The notes: generated by a model from the sequence alone, not told the origin. A DNA stretch of 64,000 bases from Chitinophagales bacterium (GCA_023957245.1 JAMLHJ010000004.1:11680-75679), one strand, 5' to 3'; shown: positions 1 to 9,749, counted from the first letter of the stretch. Numbers and translations are program-made.

Positions 1-1
1 C

Positions 2-295
2 GGAGAAAAATTATTGAGAGGTTATAATGCAGGTATCAGTAGAGATAAATTTTTGTTTAATCTTCAAGGAGAATTAAGAATTCCATTAAATAGAATCGTA
101 TTGTCTGGATTTTTTGGCAGTGGTATAACTGGTGATAAGTTTATGGATTACTTCAAGGTAAAAGATTATACTTATTCGATAGGCGGAGGAGCAAGATTTA
201 GACCTTTTAAAGATAAAAATGTAGTGGCTAGACTAGATGTCGGATTTTGGCAAAAAACCTATGGAGTATATTTTGTCTTTAATGAGGCATTTTAA
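2..295 (+). CDS. Omp85/BamA-family outer-membrane beta-barrel, C-terminal fragment (5' end lies outside the window)
   Basis: The reading frame stays open to the left edge. It has an LRGY motif, alternating beta-strand-like sequence, and a C-terminal aromatic residue (..FVFNEAF). Confidence 0.5.
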   Translation, partial: GEKLLRGYNAGISRDKFLFNLQGELRIPLNRIVLSGFFGSGITGDKFMDYFKVKDYTYSIGGGARFRPFKDKNVVARLDVGFWQKTYGVYFVFNEAF

Positions 296-405
296 GAAGA
301 TGAAAGTAGATTTTGTTTACACTAGTTCTAAATAATATAATATCTATACCCAATTCTCCTTTCAAACGTGTAATTTAGCAACGCTTTATTAAATGTATAA
401 AAAAT

Positions 406-1161
406 ATGATAGCATATATTACTGGAGCAACATCAGGGATTGGAGAGGCGTGTGCTAGAAAATTTGCTGCTCAAGGTTGGGATATAGTGATAACAGGTCG
501 TAGGATTGAGCGTTTAGAATCTTTGAAAAGTGAGATTCAAAGAGAATGTTCAGTGAAAGTTTTGACGCAGAATTATGATGTTAGAAATTTAGAAGAAGTA
601 AAAAGTAACATTCATCAATTAGATGAGTATTGGTCAAAAGTTGATGTTTTGGTTAATAATGCTGGCTTAGCAGTAGGGAAAGGTCCTTTTCAAGAGGGGA
701 TTTATGATGACTGGGAAAGAATGATTGATACCAATTTGAAAGGTTTGATTTATGTTACTAGAGAGCTAGTTCCTAAGATGATTGAGAATGGTAAAGGACA
801 TATTATAAATATTGCTTCTTTGGCTGGAATTGAATCTTATGGTGGAGGGAATGTGTATTGTGCTACCAAGCATGGAGTACGTGCATTGACTAGGAGTATG
901 AGAATAGATTTGGTTCGTCAAGGAATTAAAGTTTCTGTAGTAAGTCCAGGTGCAGCAGATACAGAATTTTCAATAGTGCGTTACAAAGGAGATAAAGAGG
1001 TTGCAGATTCTACTTATGAAGGATATGTTCCTTTGAGTGGAGAAGATATTGCTGAGAGTGTATTTTTTATGGCTACTCAGCCACCTCATGTCAATATTGA
1101 AGAGATTTTTATACTGCCAACTGCTCAAGCTTCTTCAACGATTTTCAATCGTTCGAACTAA
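406..1161 (+). CDS. short-chain dehydrogenase/reductase (YdfG-like, NADP-dependent)
   Basis: Contains the TGATSGIGEA (TGxxxGxG) cofactor loop, NNAG, and the catalytic YCATKHG (YxxxK) motif. Confidence 0.9.
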   Translation: MIAYITGATSGIGEACARKFAAQGWDIVITGRRIERLESLKSEIQRECSVKVLTQNYDVRNLEEVKSNIHQLDEYWSKVDVLVNNAGLAVGKGPFQEGIYDDWERMIDTNLKGLIYVTRELVPKMIENGKGHIINIASLAGIESYGGGNVYCATKHGVRALTRSMRIDLVRQGIKVSVVSPGAADTEFSIVRYKGDKEVADSTYEGYVPLSGEDIAESVFFMATQPPHVNIEEIFILPTAQASSTIFNRSN

Positions 1162-1192
1162 AAACTAAAAATATAGTTATTAAAGAAAAAAG

Positions 1193-1777
1193 ATGGAAAC
1201 TAAAAATATTCCTGTGATGATTTATACTGAGGCTACGCCTAATCCTCAGACACTCAAATTTGTTTTGAATCGTCCTTTATTGCCCAATGATTTTATTGAT
1301 TTAGAGAATATCGAAGAAGCTGAAAAAAGCCCATTTGCAAAGATGTTATTTAGTATGGATGGGGTAACTGGGGTGTTTATCAGTAATAATTTTGTTACTA
1401 TTACAAAGAACAACAAATTGATTTGGCAGGAATTGATTATCCCGTTCAAAAATGCTATTAAAGATTTTTTACAAAGTGGTCAATCAGTATTAGCTGAAGA
1501 TTTTGTAAAGCCACAACGTCAAAAGAATAATGAAATTTCTGAGAATGATAGCGATGTGGAAGCTAAGATTAAAGGGGTACTAGAAAAATATGTAAAACCT
1601 GGTGTAGAGATGGATGGTGGTAGTATCACATTTTCATCTTTCAACCATGGGCGATTAGTGGTGCAGTTGAGAGGCTCTTGTAATGGATGTCCGTCTTCAA
1701 TGGTGACTTTAAAGCAAGGGATAGAAAGTCTTATGAAAAGATTTGTTCCTGAAGTTCAAGAGGTGGTATCAGAATAA
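1193..1777 (+). CDS. NifU/Nfu-type Fe-S cluster scaffold or carrier protein
   Basis: Nfu-N-like N-terminus (TPNPQTLKF) plus a C-terminal NifU domain with a CxxC pair (GSCNGCPSS). Confidence 0.85.
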   Translation: METKNIPVMIYTEATPNPQTLKFVLNRPLLPNDFIDLENIEEAEKSPFAKMLFSMDGVTGVFISNNFVTITKNNKLIWQELIIPFKNAIKDFLQSGQSVLAEDFVKPQRQKNNEISENDSDVEAKIKGVLEKYVKPGVEMDGGSITFSSFNHGRLVVQLRGSCNGCPSSMVTLKQGIESLMKRFVPEVQEVVSE

Positions 1778-1840
1778 GTAGAACAATTTTATTGGTTTGT
1801 TTTGAATTTTTAGACTTATTTTTATTCTAAACTGAATGAG

Positions 1841-2824
1841 TTGGAGTCTAAATCTATAAATATTGGAGTTTTATTACCTTTTGATTATAGCCTATTTCAA
1901 ATAGCTCTAATTCTGAATATTTTAAAAACCACCCGAAATCTTTGTATAGATAAAGGTGTAGATATTCATATTCATATCGTTCAAACTCAGGGGCAGATTA
2001 ATGAACACAGCGATACATTTTTTCATTTTGATGTGATAAGTAATTTTGCGGAAGCTTCATTTGATTATGTTTTTCTTCCTCCATTAGCAAGTGATGATTA
2101 TGCTGAAATAGTTGCTAATAATCGTGTATTCAGAGATTGGATAGTTCAATGTTATAATAATTCATCAAATATTTATGCGTTTGGAAATGCAGCTGCTTTA
2201 TTGGCTTTTTCAGGCTTGTTAGATGAAAGTGAAGTGAATATTCCAGAGTTGAAAAATGATTTCTTTTTGTTATTCCCTAATATTAGCAAATCTCAAAGTA
2301 GTTTAGTTGAGAGAAAGGGAAATCTGAATATATATAGTGGTGGAGCAAAAATTTATTTTCCTTTATTTGAATTAGCTAAACAATGGGGCGGCTCAGATGT
2401 AGTGTATCAATTGGCCAATCAATACCAAGTAGATTTGAATCTGAAAGAAAATAGATATTTCTTTGAATTTGAGTTTGTTTTTGAAACTTCTGATGAACAG
2501 ATTAACCAAGTCTTAGAAAATATTCACCTCAAATATTCTAATATTTTTCTTTTAGATGAAGTGCTTGAAGGGTTTAATGGTAGCCGAAGAACTTTTAATC
2601 GAAATTTTAAGCAACATTTAAAAATGACTCCAATAGAGTATTTGCAAAATGTGCGAATTGCTCATTCTAAGAAATTATTATTGAATACCGAATTGACTAT
2701 TGACCAAATCAGTCAGCAAGTAGGATATGAAGATGTCAAATCTTTCAGGATAATCTTTGCCCGGATAAACGGAATTTTACCTTTGGAATATAAGAAACGA
2801 TTGACAATGCCAATAGTGGATTAA
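1841..2824 (+). CDS. AraC-family transcriptional regulator (GlxA-like: DJ-1/PfpI-like N-domain plus HTH)
   Basis: C-terminal AraC HTH (TIDQISQQVGYEDVKSFRIIF, PLEYKKR). The start is TTG; no in-frame ATG lies nearby. Confidence 0.75.
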   Translation: MESKSINIGVLLPFDYSLFQIALILNILKTTRNLCIDKGVDIHIHIVQTQGQINEHSDTFFHFDVISNFAEASFDYVFLPPLASDDYAEIVANNRVFRDWIVQCYNNSSNIYAFGNAAALLAFSGLLDESEVNIPELKNDFFLLFPNISKSQSSLVERKGNLNIYSGGAKIYFPLFELAKQWGGSDVVYQLANQYQVDLNLKENRYFFEFEFVFETSDEQINQVLENIHLKYSNIFLLDEVLEGFNGSRRTFNRNFKQHLKMTPIEYLQNVRIAHSKKLLLNTELTIDQISQQVGYEDVKSFRIIFARINGILPLEYKKRLTMPIVD

Positions 2825-2834
2825 TCTAAGGCTT

Positions 2835-3458
2835 TTATTCTTTCTTATGATTCTCAATAATAGATTTAATTTGAGTGATGATTTCCAAGGGATTTTCAGC
2901 ATGAGTAACAGAAGTGCTGACAGCTATACAATTAACTCCAGCATTTAATAATTGCTCGATATCACCAGAATAAATGTCTTTATTAATCATGATAGGCAAA
3001 TCTGTTTTGCTTCTTAGTGCATATAAAGAATCTATATCAAATAAAATTTCTTCATTTAATTTTGGACAAAATTCAATATAATCGACTGCATTGATTTCTG
3101 GTGAATCAATTATAGATACCGAGTCGATGGCGTATCCTATTATAAATCTATTACTTATTGCCTCTTTAATGACTGAAGGAGCACTTGCTTGCTGATGAGT
3201 CTGAATACCATTGGCATGAGTCTGCAAAGTGACATCGATTCTTTCATTGATAATAAGGGGAGTATTGAGCTTCATAGTAAGTTCTCTAGCTTTAAGAGCC
3301 CTTTTGAGAAAGTATTTATAATCTCTTTTCTTTTCAACTAGCTGTATGATATCTACGCCTCCTTCTATGGCAAGTTCAATGATTTGTTCCATGAAGTGAA
3401 ATTTACATTCTTCTTCTTCAATTATCAGGCAAAGAGAATAAGGAAAAGGTTTATTCAT
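2835..3458 (-). CDS. ThiE/TenI-fold protein (thiamine-phosphate-synthase-like) with degenerate active-site motifs
   Basis: Colinear by eye with ThiE blocks (IIQLVEK, PLIINERIDVTL, AGVNCIAVSTSVTHAENP). The usual HxGQxD and GIGGI blocks read ANGIQTHQQA and INKDI instead. Confidence 0.5.
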   Translation of the reverse strand: MNKPFPYSLCLIIEEEECKFHFMEQIIELAIEGGVDIIQLVEKKRDYKYFLKRALKARELTMKLNTPLIINERIDVTLQTHANGIQTHQQASAPSVIKEAISNRFIIGYAIDSVSIIDSPEINAVDYIEFCPKLNEEILFDIDSLYALRSKTDLPIMINKDIYSGDIEQLLNAGVNCIAVSTSVTHAENPLEIITQIKSIIENHKKE

Positions 3459-3775
3459 TTTATTATTCTATACTTTATTATTTATTGCTCTATGAAAGGG
3501 CAGGGCAAATATAAGGGTATTTCTATGCTATAAAGAAAGAGTTTATCTTTTTACATTTTGATAAGATAGATTTTCATAGCCATTTTATATTAATGGTTAT
3601 TAGTGATAAGTTCTATCTTCTCAAAGGTGTATATATGCAAATATGAATTTGGACAAAAATATCCTTTGACAAAAGTCAAGTAATGAATGTTTGAACATTA
3701 GGAAAAAAGGTTTTAACATATATTTTACAAAGGGTTGAAAAGCACCTAAGTATCTTTACTTTCAAATTAATCGTA

Positions 3776-5422
3776 GTGAAAAGAAATAACCCAGCTTCTG
3801 ATTTTAGTAGAAGAAAATTTGTAGGTCTAAGTGCTATGGCAACTGCTGCTTTTTATGGCAGTTCAGTTTTTGGTTTGTCATCTTGTAAGAAAGATACTCT
3901 TCCAGATGATAAGGAAGAAGAAGTCAATCCACCTATATATGGTGAAGATACAGATGTAGTGGTGATAGGTTCTGGCTTCGGTGGATCTGTGGCTGCATTG
4001 AGGATGACAGAAGCAGGATTGAATACTATCATGTTGGAAATGGGCAAACAGTACGAAGTGACTGATACAAAAAAGCCATTCTGTTCTACTTTTAGTCCTG
4101 ATGGTCGTTCTACATGGTTGAGAACGGGTACAATTTTACCATTTGGTCCTAGCTTGCCAATCAGAGAGAAAGGTTTAGGAGTTCTAGATAGGGTTGATTA
4201 TGAAAATATGAGAATTTATCGTGGAACATGTCTAGGTGGTGGTTCTGTAGTATATGGAGCGATGCTACCCCAAGCGAATAGACTTTTATGGGACAATGAG
4301 TTTCCAGATATTAGTTATGACGAAATGAATAGTATCTGGTATCCAAAAGTAAGAACAGTTCTTCCAATTACTAGAAGAGTTCCAGATGATATTTTAAATT
4401 CAAATTACTATCAATATGCTAGAGTAGAACTTAAGCAGTGTGTTAAAGCTGGTATGGAAGAATTTTATATTCCTGGAGGTGTTGATTTTGATATCATTAG
4501 AGATGAGATAGAAGGCCGAGTCAAAAAATATACTACCAATGGAGATTTACTTTATGGAGTTAATAACGGAGCGAAACATAGTGTGGATAGAAACTATATT
4601 CCTGCGGCTATCGGTACAGGAAAATTGACTGTGCAAACAATGTCTAAAGTTCATCATATTGAGGAATTAAAAGATGGTAAATACGAGGTATTAGTTGAAA
4701 GAATTGATGATAAAGGAAAAGTTGTCAAACAACACGTTATCCGTGCCAATTATGTTTTTGTATGTGCAGGTGTTGTAGGTACAAATGGTATCTTATTGAG
4801 ATCTCAACAAGAAGGCGGATTGCCTAATTTGGAAAGAATTGGTGAACATGTTGGTACCAATGGTAATATCATGTCTGTAAGAGGTAAATTCGATGAAGAA
4901 GTAGGCGCAAAACAATGTATTGTTCCAGTATCAGGTTATTATCAACCAGATAATCCTCATGGTATTATGTTGGCAGAACAAGCTCCTGTTCCATTGGGAA
5001 TCGAAACAGGTATTTTGGGTGTCTTGGGTATCACAATTAATGAGTATAGAGGTCATTTTAAATTAGATCCTAATCATAAAGCTGAGGGAGTATCATTAGA
5101 GTGGGATGTTAATGGATTGGCTCAAGGTCTGGAAGCTATGAAAGATTTTACAGGTAAATTATTAGATGCAAATGGTGGTCAGGTAATTACATCTATTTTC
5201 CCTGGAAATGGCTATTCAAATAACTTTACATACCATCCATTAGGAGGTGTTGTAAGAGGAATCTCATCTGATAGTTATGGAAGATTGAAAGGTCATAAAC
5301 GTATTTATTGTGTAGATGGCTCAATGATTCCAGGATATACTTGTGCAGCCAATCCTGCAATGACAATTGCAGCTGTCGCAGAAAGATGTTTGGATGATAT
5401 TGTTAAGAATGATTTATTCTAA
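3776..5422 (+). CDS. GMC-family FAD oxidoreductase (cholesterol-oxidase-like), Tat-exported lipoprotein
   Basis: FAD fold VVVIGSGFGGSVAALRMTEAG; twin-arginine leader SRRKFVGLSAMATAAF; lipobox GLSSC; C-terminal GMC block YCVDGSMIPG. GTG start. Confidence 0.85.
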   Translation: MKRNNPASDFSRRKFVGLSAMATAAFYGSSVFGLSSCKKDTLPDDKEEEVNPPIYGEDTDVVVIGSGFGGSVAALRMTEAGLNTIMLEMGKQYEVTDTKKPFCSTFSPDGRSTWLRTGTILPFGPSLPIREKGLGVLDRVDYENMRIYRGTCLGGGSVVYGAMLPQANRLLWDNEFPDISYDEMNSIWYPKVRTVLPITRRVPDDILNSNYYQYARVELKQCVKAGMEEFYIPGGVDFDIIRDEIEGRVKKYTTNGDLLYGVNNGAKHSVDRNYIPAAIGTGKLTVQTMSKVHHIEELKDGKYEVLVERIDDKGKVVKQHVIRANYVFVCAGVVGTNGILLRSQQEGGLPNLERIGEHVGTNGNIMSVRGKFDEEVGAKQCIVPVSGYYQPDNPHGIMLAEQAPVPLGIETGILGVLGITINEYRGHFKLDPNHKAEGVSLEWDVNGLAQGLEAMKDFTGKLLDANGGQVITSIFPGNGYSNNFTYHPLGGVVRGISSDSYGRLKGHKRIYCVDGSMIPGYTCAANPAMTIAAVAERCLDDIVKNDLF

Positions 5423-5445
5423 AATAAAATTGCAAATAAAAGTAG

Positions 5446-5476
5446 AGGGTAGGAGTCAAATTCTACCCTTTTTTTA
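5446..5476. terminator. bidirectional rho-independent terminator between convergent genes
   Basis: Stem AGGGTAG (5446-5452) pairs with CTACCCT (5463-5469). A T-run follows and an A-rich run precedes. Confidence 0.6.
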
Positions 5477-6499
5477 TGAAGTCCATGAAACAAATATTTC
5501 TCTTGGGCCTTTATAAGGCATACGTCCATGTGCTGTGGAGAAATTATCCAAAATAATCACATCTCCTTTTTCCCATTTTAAAAAGTACATATTTTCCCAA
5601 ATAATATCTTGTATGTGTTGAACATAATCAATTGGGATTTCTTGGTCATCTGCATATGTGATATGCATGGCTCTTTCCATAGGGTTTTCTGTAAACCGTT
5701 TGAATAGAGTGAGGAATTGCAGGTAAATATTAACTTTCCATGCATCAAAAGTATTTTGATAACGGGCAATTTTGGAATATTCTATTGCCGCCGCTGCTGA
5801 ATGAAATACTTGAATATGGTTGAACCACACTTCTTCTTTTGAAATAGGATGAATTTTGAATGCATCATGTGTACTGATTAATCTCAAAGCATCATCTTTC
5901 AACCATTCTACTGAGATTTGATTGGCAGCACATTTTTCTTCTACTATAGATTTGTCTCTTGTTTGAAACATATCTACCCATGGTTTAAGTTGAAAAGAAT
6001 TCTGTTTTTCTCTACCTGGAGCACAATAATTACGGATAAGTTTTAGTCTTCTTTGTGATAATTCCTTTTTAATATCTGAATTTAGATTTTTAGCTACTTG
6101 CCTGAAATCGCAGATAGGTGTTTCTCCTCCAAATTGGGGTGCTACATTGCAGTAAAACATTATTCTTCTGGGTGCTGTCGGTAGAAAAGACATTTCGCAA
6201 TGTTGCATGATTGGATAAAAAGGGGGTAATTCACTAGCTGAAAATACAAATTGAGTACCTTCGATGATATTTCTTGGAGATGTTCCCAAATAATCATTTT
6301 TTAAATCCTTATCTATGATTAGAGCTATGTTTTCAAAATCAATAGCTTGTTGTATATCAAATCCTCTAAAAAGCACAGCTCCATTTATGAGCATTTTTTG
6401 AAGTATTTCATCCAAATGATTTTGGATATAATCCTTTAATATAGCTAAATCTTTGCTACCTATATCTGTTGGCGTGATAATCAATGGCGTAGTTTTCAT
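5474..6499 (-). CDS. TauD/TfdA-family Fe(II)/2-oxoglutarate dioxygenase
   Basis: HCE (HxD/E) facial-triad motif and a distal ILDNFSTAHGR block, typical of the clavaminate-synthase-like fold. Confidence 0.75.
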   Translation of the reverse strand: MKTTPLIITPTDIGSKDLAILKDYIQNHLDEILQKMLINGAVLFRGFDIQQAIDFENIALIIDKDLKNDYLGTSPRNIIEGTQFVFSASELPPFYPIMQHCEMSFLPTAPRRIMFYCNVAPQFGGETPICDFRQVAKNLNSDIKKELSQRRLKLIRNYCAPGREKQNSFQLKPWVDMFQTRDKSIVEEKCAANQISVEWLKDDALRLISTHDAFKIHPISKEEVWFNHIQVFHSAAAAIEYSKIARYQNTFDAWKVNIYLQFLTLFKRFTENPMERAMHITYADDQEIPIDYVQHIQDIIWENMYFLKWEKGDVIILDNFSTAHGRMPYKGPREIFVSWTS

Positions 6500-6603
6500 C
6501 GTAGTGTTTCTCTAAATTAAAGAATATCTTTTGAATTATTAATATCTACTTTGTTCTTTGAAAGTAATCTGAAAGATGGTTTTTTATAGTCTTGATATGT
6601 TCC

Positions 6604-6661
6604 AAAATAACAACACCTTGATTCAAGTGAACCAAGGTGCTGCCAAATCCAACTGTTTATT
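6604..6661 (-). repeat. 58-nt direct repeat, left copy, containing a terminator-type hairpin (partner at 7922-7979)
   Basis: AAAATAACAACACCTTGATTCAAGTGAACCAAGGTGCTGCCAAATCCAACTGTTTATT. It differs from the right copy at 6 of 58 positions by eye. The single stem mismatch becomes G-U only in the minus-strand RNA. Confidence 0.8.
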
Positions 6662-6800
6662 AAAATATGTAAATTATTAATTAGGCATAATAAATTTTTG
6701 TCTTCACTTAATGTTGCATTTGCAAGTTGAAATCAGCTTCTATATTTAAAAGAAGAACATGACTGAAAAAATATAAATTTGTAGTATATTGAAATTAATT

Positions 6801-7784
6801 ATGGACAATCGTTTTGAAGTCATAATTCAGCTAATCAAACAATCTCGGACTAATGCTATAAAAGCCGTAAACGTTGAATTAATAAATCTCTATTGGAATA
6901 TCGGTGAATATATTAGTAATAAAATTGAACAAGCAGAATGGGGTAGCTCTGTTGTGACTGAATTAGCCAATTTTATACAGAGAAACGAACCTCAATTAAA
7001 GGGTTTTTTAGATAAGAATATATGGAGAATGAAGCAGTTTTACGACACTTACAAAAATTCCCCAAAACTCTCACCACTAGTGAGAGAAATTAGCTGGACA
7101 AATAATCTTCTGATTTTTTCAAGGTGTAAAACCATTATAGAAATGGAGTTTTACCTCAAACTTGTAAAACAAGAAAATTACAGTAAACGAGAACTAGACC
7201 GACAAATATCTGCAAGCTTTTTTGAACGAACAATGATAGGTAATTCAAAACTCTCACCAGCGGTGAGAGAAAGTAACAAGAGTTTATCTAACGCCTTTAA
7301 AGATAGTTATGTGTTTGAATTTTTAAACTTAGTTGATTCTCATAGTGAAAGTGACTTACAACGTGGATTAGTAAGACAAATGAAAAATTTCATTCTCGAA
7401 CTTGGGAAGGACTTTTTGTTCATAGGAGAAGAATATAAGTTACAGGTTGGTAGTAGTGACTTTTATATTGACCTACTTTTCTATCACCGTGGTCTTCAGT
7501 GTTTAGTAGCTTTTGAACTGAAGACTGACAAATTCAAACCTGAGCATCTAGGGCAATTGAATTTTTATTTAGAAGCATTAGATAGGGATGTTAAAAAGCT
7601 CAATGAAAATCCTAGTATTGGAGTTTTGTTATGCAAGGACAAAGATAGTGAAGTAGTAGAATATTCTTTAAGTAGAAGTCTTTCTCCTACAATGATTGCA
7701 GAGTATAAGACACAACTACCTGACAAGAAATTATTACAGCAAAAGCTACACGAATTATTTGATAATGAAGCTGATGATAAATAA
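6801..7784 (+). CDS. YhcG-family PD-(D/E)XK nuclease domain protein (DUF1016)
   Basis: C-terminal block DFYIDLLFYHRGLQCLVAFELKTDKFKPEHLGQLNFYLEAL (D..ELK nuclease core). I prefer the ATG at 6801 over the TTG at 6789. Confidence 0.8.
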   Translation: MDNRFEVIIQLIKQSRTNAIKAVNVELINLYWNIGEYISNKIEQAEWGSSVVTELANFIQRNEPQLKGFLDKNIWRMKQFYDTYKNSPKLSPLVREISWTNNLLIFSRCKTIIEMEFYLKLVKQENYSKRELDRQISASFFERTMIGNSKLSPAVRESNKSLSNAFKDSYVFEFLNLVDSHSESDLQRGLVRQMKNFILELGKDFLFIGEEYKLQVGSSDFYIDLLFYHRGLQCLVAFELKTDKFKPEHLGQLNFYLEALDRDVKKLNENPSIGVLLCKDKDSEVVEYSLSRSLSPTMIAEYKTQLPDKKLLQQKLHELFDNEADDK

Positions 7785-7920
7785 ATTTACTACTAACAAT
7801 ACAGTTACTGTTTCTCAATTTTCGTTTTTATAAAAATCAACCTCGATAGAGGTGGTTTATGTGATGATTTGATTTTTTCATTTATAAACAACTTGAGTAT
7901 TGGTTGTTTTCTTCAAGGAT

Positions 7921-7960
7921 AAAAATAACAACACCCTGATTCAAGAGAATCAAGGTGCTG
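7921..7960 (-). terminator. rho-independent terminator of htrA (lies within the right copy of the 58-nt repeat)
   Basis: An 11-bp stem (7932-7942 pairs with 7947-7957) with one G-U pair on the minus-strand RNA, followed on the minus strand by TTGTTATTTTT. Confidence 0.7.
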
Positions 7961-7979
7961 CCAAACCAAACTATTTATT
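7922..7979 (-). repeat. 58-nt direct repeat, right copy (partner at 6604-6661)
   Basis: AAAATAACAACACCCTGATTCAAGAGAATCAAGGTGCTGCCAAACCAAACTATTTATT. Confidence 0.8.
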
Positions 7980-7986
7980 TACTTAC

Positions 7987-9516
7987 TTAAAATCCGAAAG
8001 CATAATATTTGCTTCCATTTTCTCCTGGATATTTTCCTTGTAATAAGACGCCATCGCCTTTGCTGACATTTAATGCATCTTTCAATTCGTCAATAGATGT
8101 AATAGGTTGTCTGTTGACTGATGTAATGATAAAACCTTCTTGAATATCTGTATTGTCTTTAATAATACCTTTATTTATTTTTTTGATTTTTACACCTCCA
8201 TTTAACCCCATTTTTCTAGCGTCAGAAGTAGATAATGCTTCTAGTTCCAAACCCAGTTGGTCGATGATGTTATTAGATGATTTAGAGATATCTTCTTTAC
8301 TGACTAGTGCTGTTGTATTGTCTTTAGATTTTAAAGTAACTGTCGTTGTACGTACTTTATTGTCTCTGAGATATTCTACTTGTATTTTATCTCCAGGGCG
8401 ATTTCTTGCCACTATCTCTTGAAGTTCAGGAGAGGTTTTAATAACTTTTGAATTGATTTTAGTGATGATATCACCACCTTTGAGCCCTGCATCGTCTGCA
8501 CCACTTCCTTTCTGAACATCTGAAATATATGCACCCTCTACCTTATCTAAATTCAAATCTTTTGCAAGTTTGTCATCTACGGAGCCCATAGAGATACCCA
8601 TATAACCTCTTTGTACAACTCCATAATCTTTTAAATCTTCAATAACTTTTTTGACCAAATTTGAAGGTATAGCAAATGCATATCCTGCATATACTCCTGA
8701 AGGTGAAGCGATAGCTGTATTGATGCCTATAAGGTTTCCATTCAAATCTACCAAAGCCCCACCACTATTACCTGGATTGACTGCTGCATCTGTCTGAATA
8801 AAAGATTCAATAGCAGTAGTTCCAGCTTTTTGTTGAAGAAGATTGATATTCCTAGCTTTGGCACTGATAATACCAGCAGTAACAGTCGATGCTAAGTTGA
8901 ATGGATTTCCTACTGCCAATACCCACTGACCGACTTTAGTAGCATCTGAATTGCCAAATTGAATAGGTGTGAAATCAGATTTATTTTCTACTTTGATTAA
9001 AGCAAGGTCGGTATTGGGATCTGTGCCAATCAATTTAGCTTTGAAACTTCTATTGTCATTGAGTATGACCTCAATTTCGTCAGCACCATCTATGACGTGA
9101 TTATTGGTGACAATATATCCATCTGCAGATATAATTACACCTGAACCGCTTCCCAAGGGTACGATTGCATCTTCTCCACCTTTCTGAGGTTTTCTTTCTC
9201 TAGGATTGCCACCATAAGGTTGACCAAAAAAGTACTCAAATAAATCCATTGGATCTCCTTGGCTATATTGTGCCTGTTTGGCTTTAGTGGTGATATGCAC
9301 TACTGCTGGCATGCTGACTTCTGAGGCTTGAATAAATGCATCAGAAGGCAATGCTCCATTTAGGCTGGTGAATGCTGCTGGAACTGAATAGTTTTCAGAA
9401 GATACATTGTCTCTTAAAAAACTCAACTTTGAATTTTCGGATATTTTAGATTGTACTAGCAATACTGTGCTCGCACTTGCAATACCAATTAACAAATAAC
9501 TCAATACTTTTTTCAT
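7987..9516 (-). CDS. htrA: HtrA/DegP/DegQ-family periplasmic serine protease with two PDZ domains
   Basis: Signal peptide; catalytic blocks TNNHVI, DLALIK and GNSGGALV; two PDZ-like C-terminal segments. Confidence 0.9.
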   Translation of the reverse strand: MKKVLSYLLIGIASASTVLLVQSKISENSKLSFLRDNVSSENYSVPAAFTSLNGALPSDAFIQASEVSMPAVVHITTKAKQAQYSQGDPMDLFEYFFGQPYGGNPRERKPQKGGEDAIVPLGSGSGVIISADGYIVTNNHVIDGADEIEVILNDNRSFKAKLIGTDPNTDLALIKVENKSDFTPIQFGNSDATKVGQWVLAVGNPFNLASTVTAGIISAKARNINLLQQKAGTTAIESFIQTDAAVNPGNSGGALVDLNGNLIGINTAIASPSGVYAGYAFAIPSNLVKKVIEDLKDYGVVQRGYMGISMGSVDDKLAKDLNLDKVEGAYISDVQKGSGADDAGLKGGDIITKINSKVIKTSPELQEIVARNRPGDKIQVEYLRDNKVRTTTVTLKSKDNTTALVSKEDISKSSNNIIDQLGLELEALSTSDARKMGLNGGVKIKKINKGIIKDNTDIQEGFIITSVNRQPITSIDELKDALNVSKGDGVLLQGKYPGENGSKYYAFGF

Positions 9517-9741
9517 ATCATTTAATGAATTTGTTGAACTAATTTCTTGATATATTTACAAATTGTGTTCCTTTTCATGTGAAGTTTTCTTATCAAAAGA
9601 CTCGATACGGGTTAAAAATCGTTAAGTGTATGAATTTGCAGATTGAGCTAATTGCATTTTAGCATGCTCTTCATTTTTCATCTTAATATTATATTAAAGT
9701 GTATTGTTACATTTGTTACCATTGTTCATTGGCTTTACCTA

Positions 9742-9749
9742 TACTTTTG
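9742..9749 (+). promoter_or_regulatory. candidate Bacteroidota -7 promoter box (TAnnTTTG)
   Basis: TACTTTTG lies 66 nt upstream of the ATG at 9815. This is a motif match only. Confidence 0.3.

Noticed and set aside
3459-3775. TPP riboswitch upstream of the ThiE-like gene
   Set aside because: The conserved CUGAGA and ACCUGAUCUGGAUAAUGCCAGC-type core elements are absent on the relevant strand.
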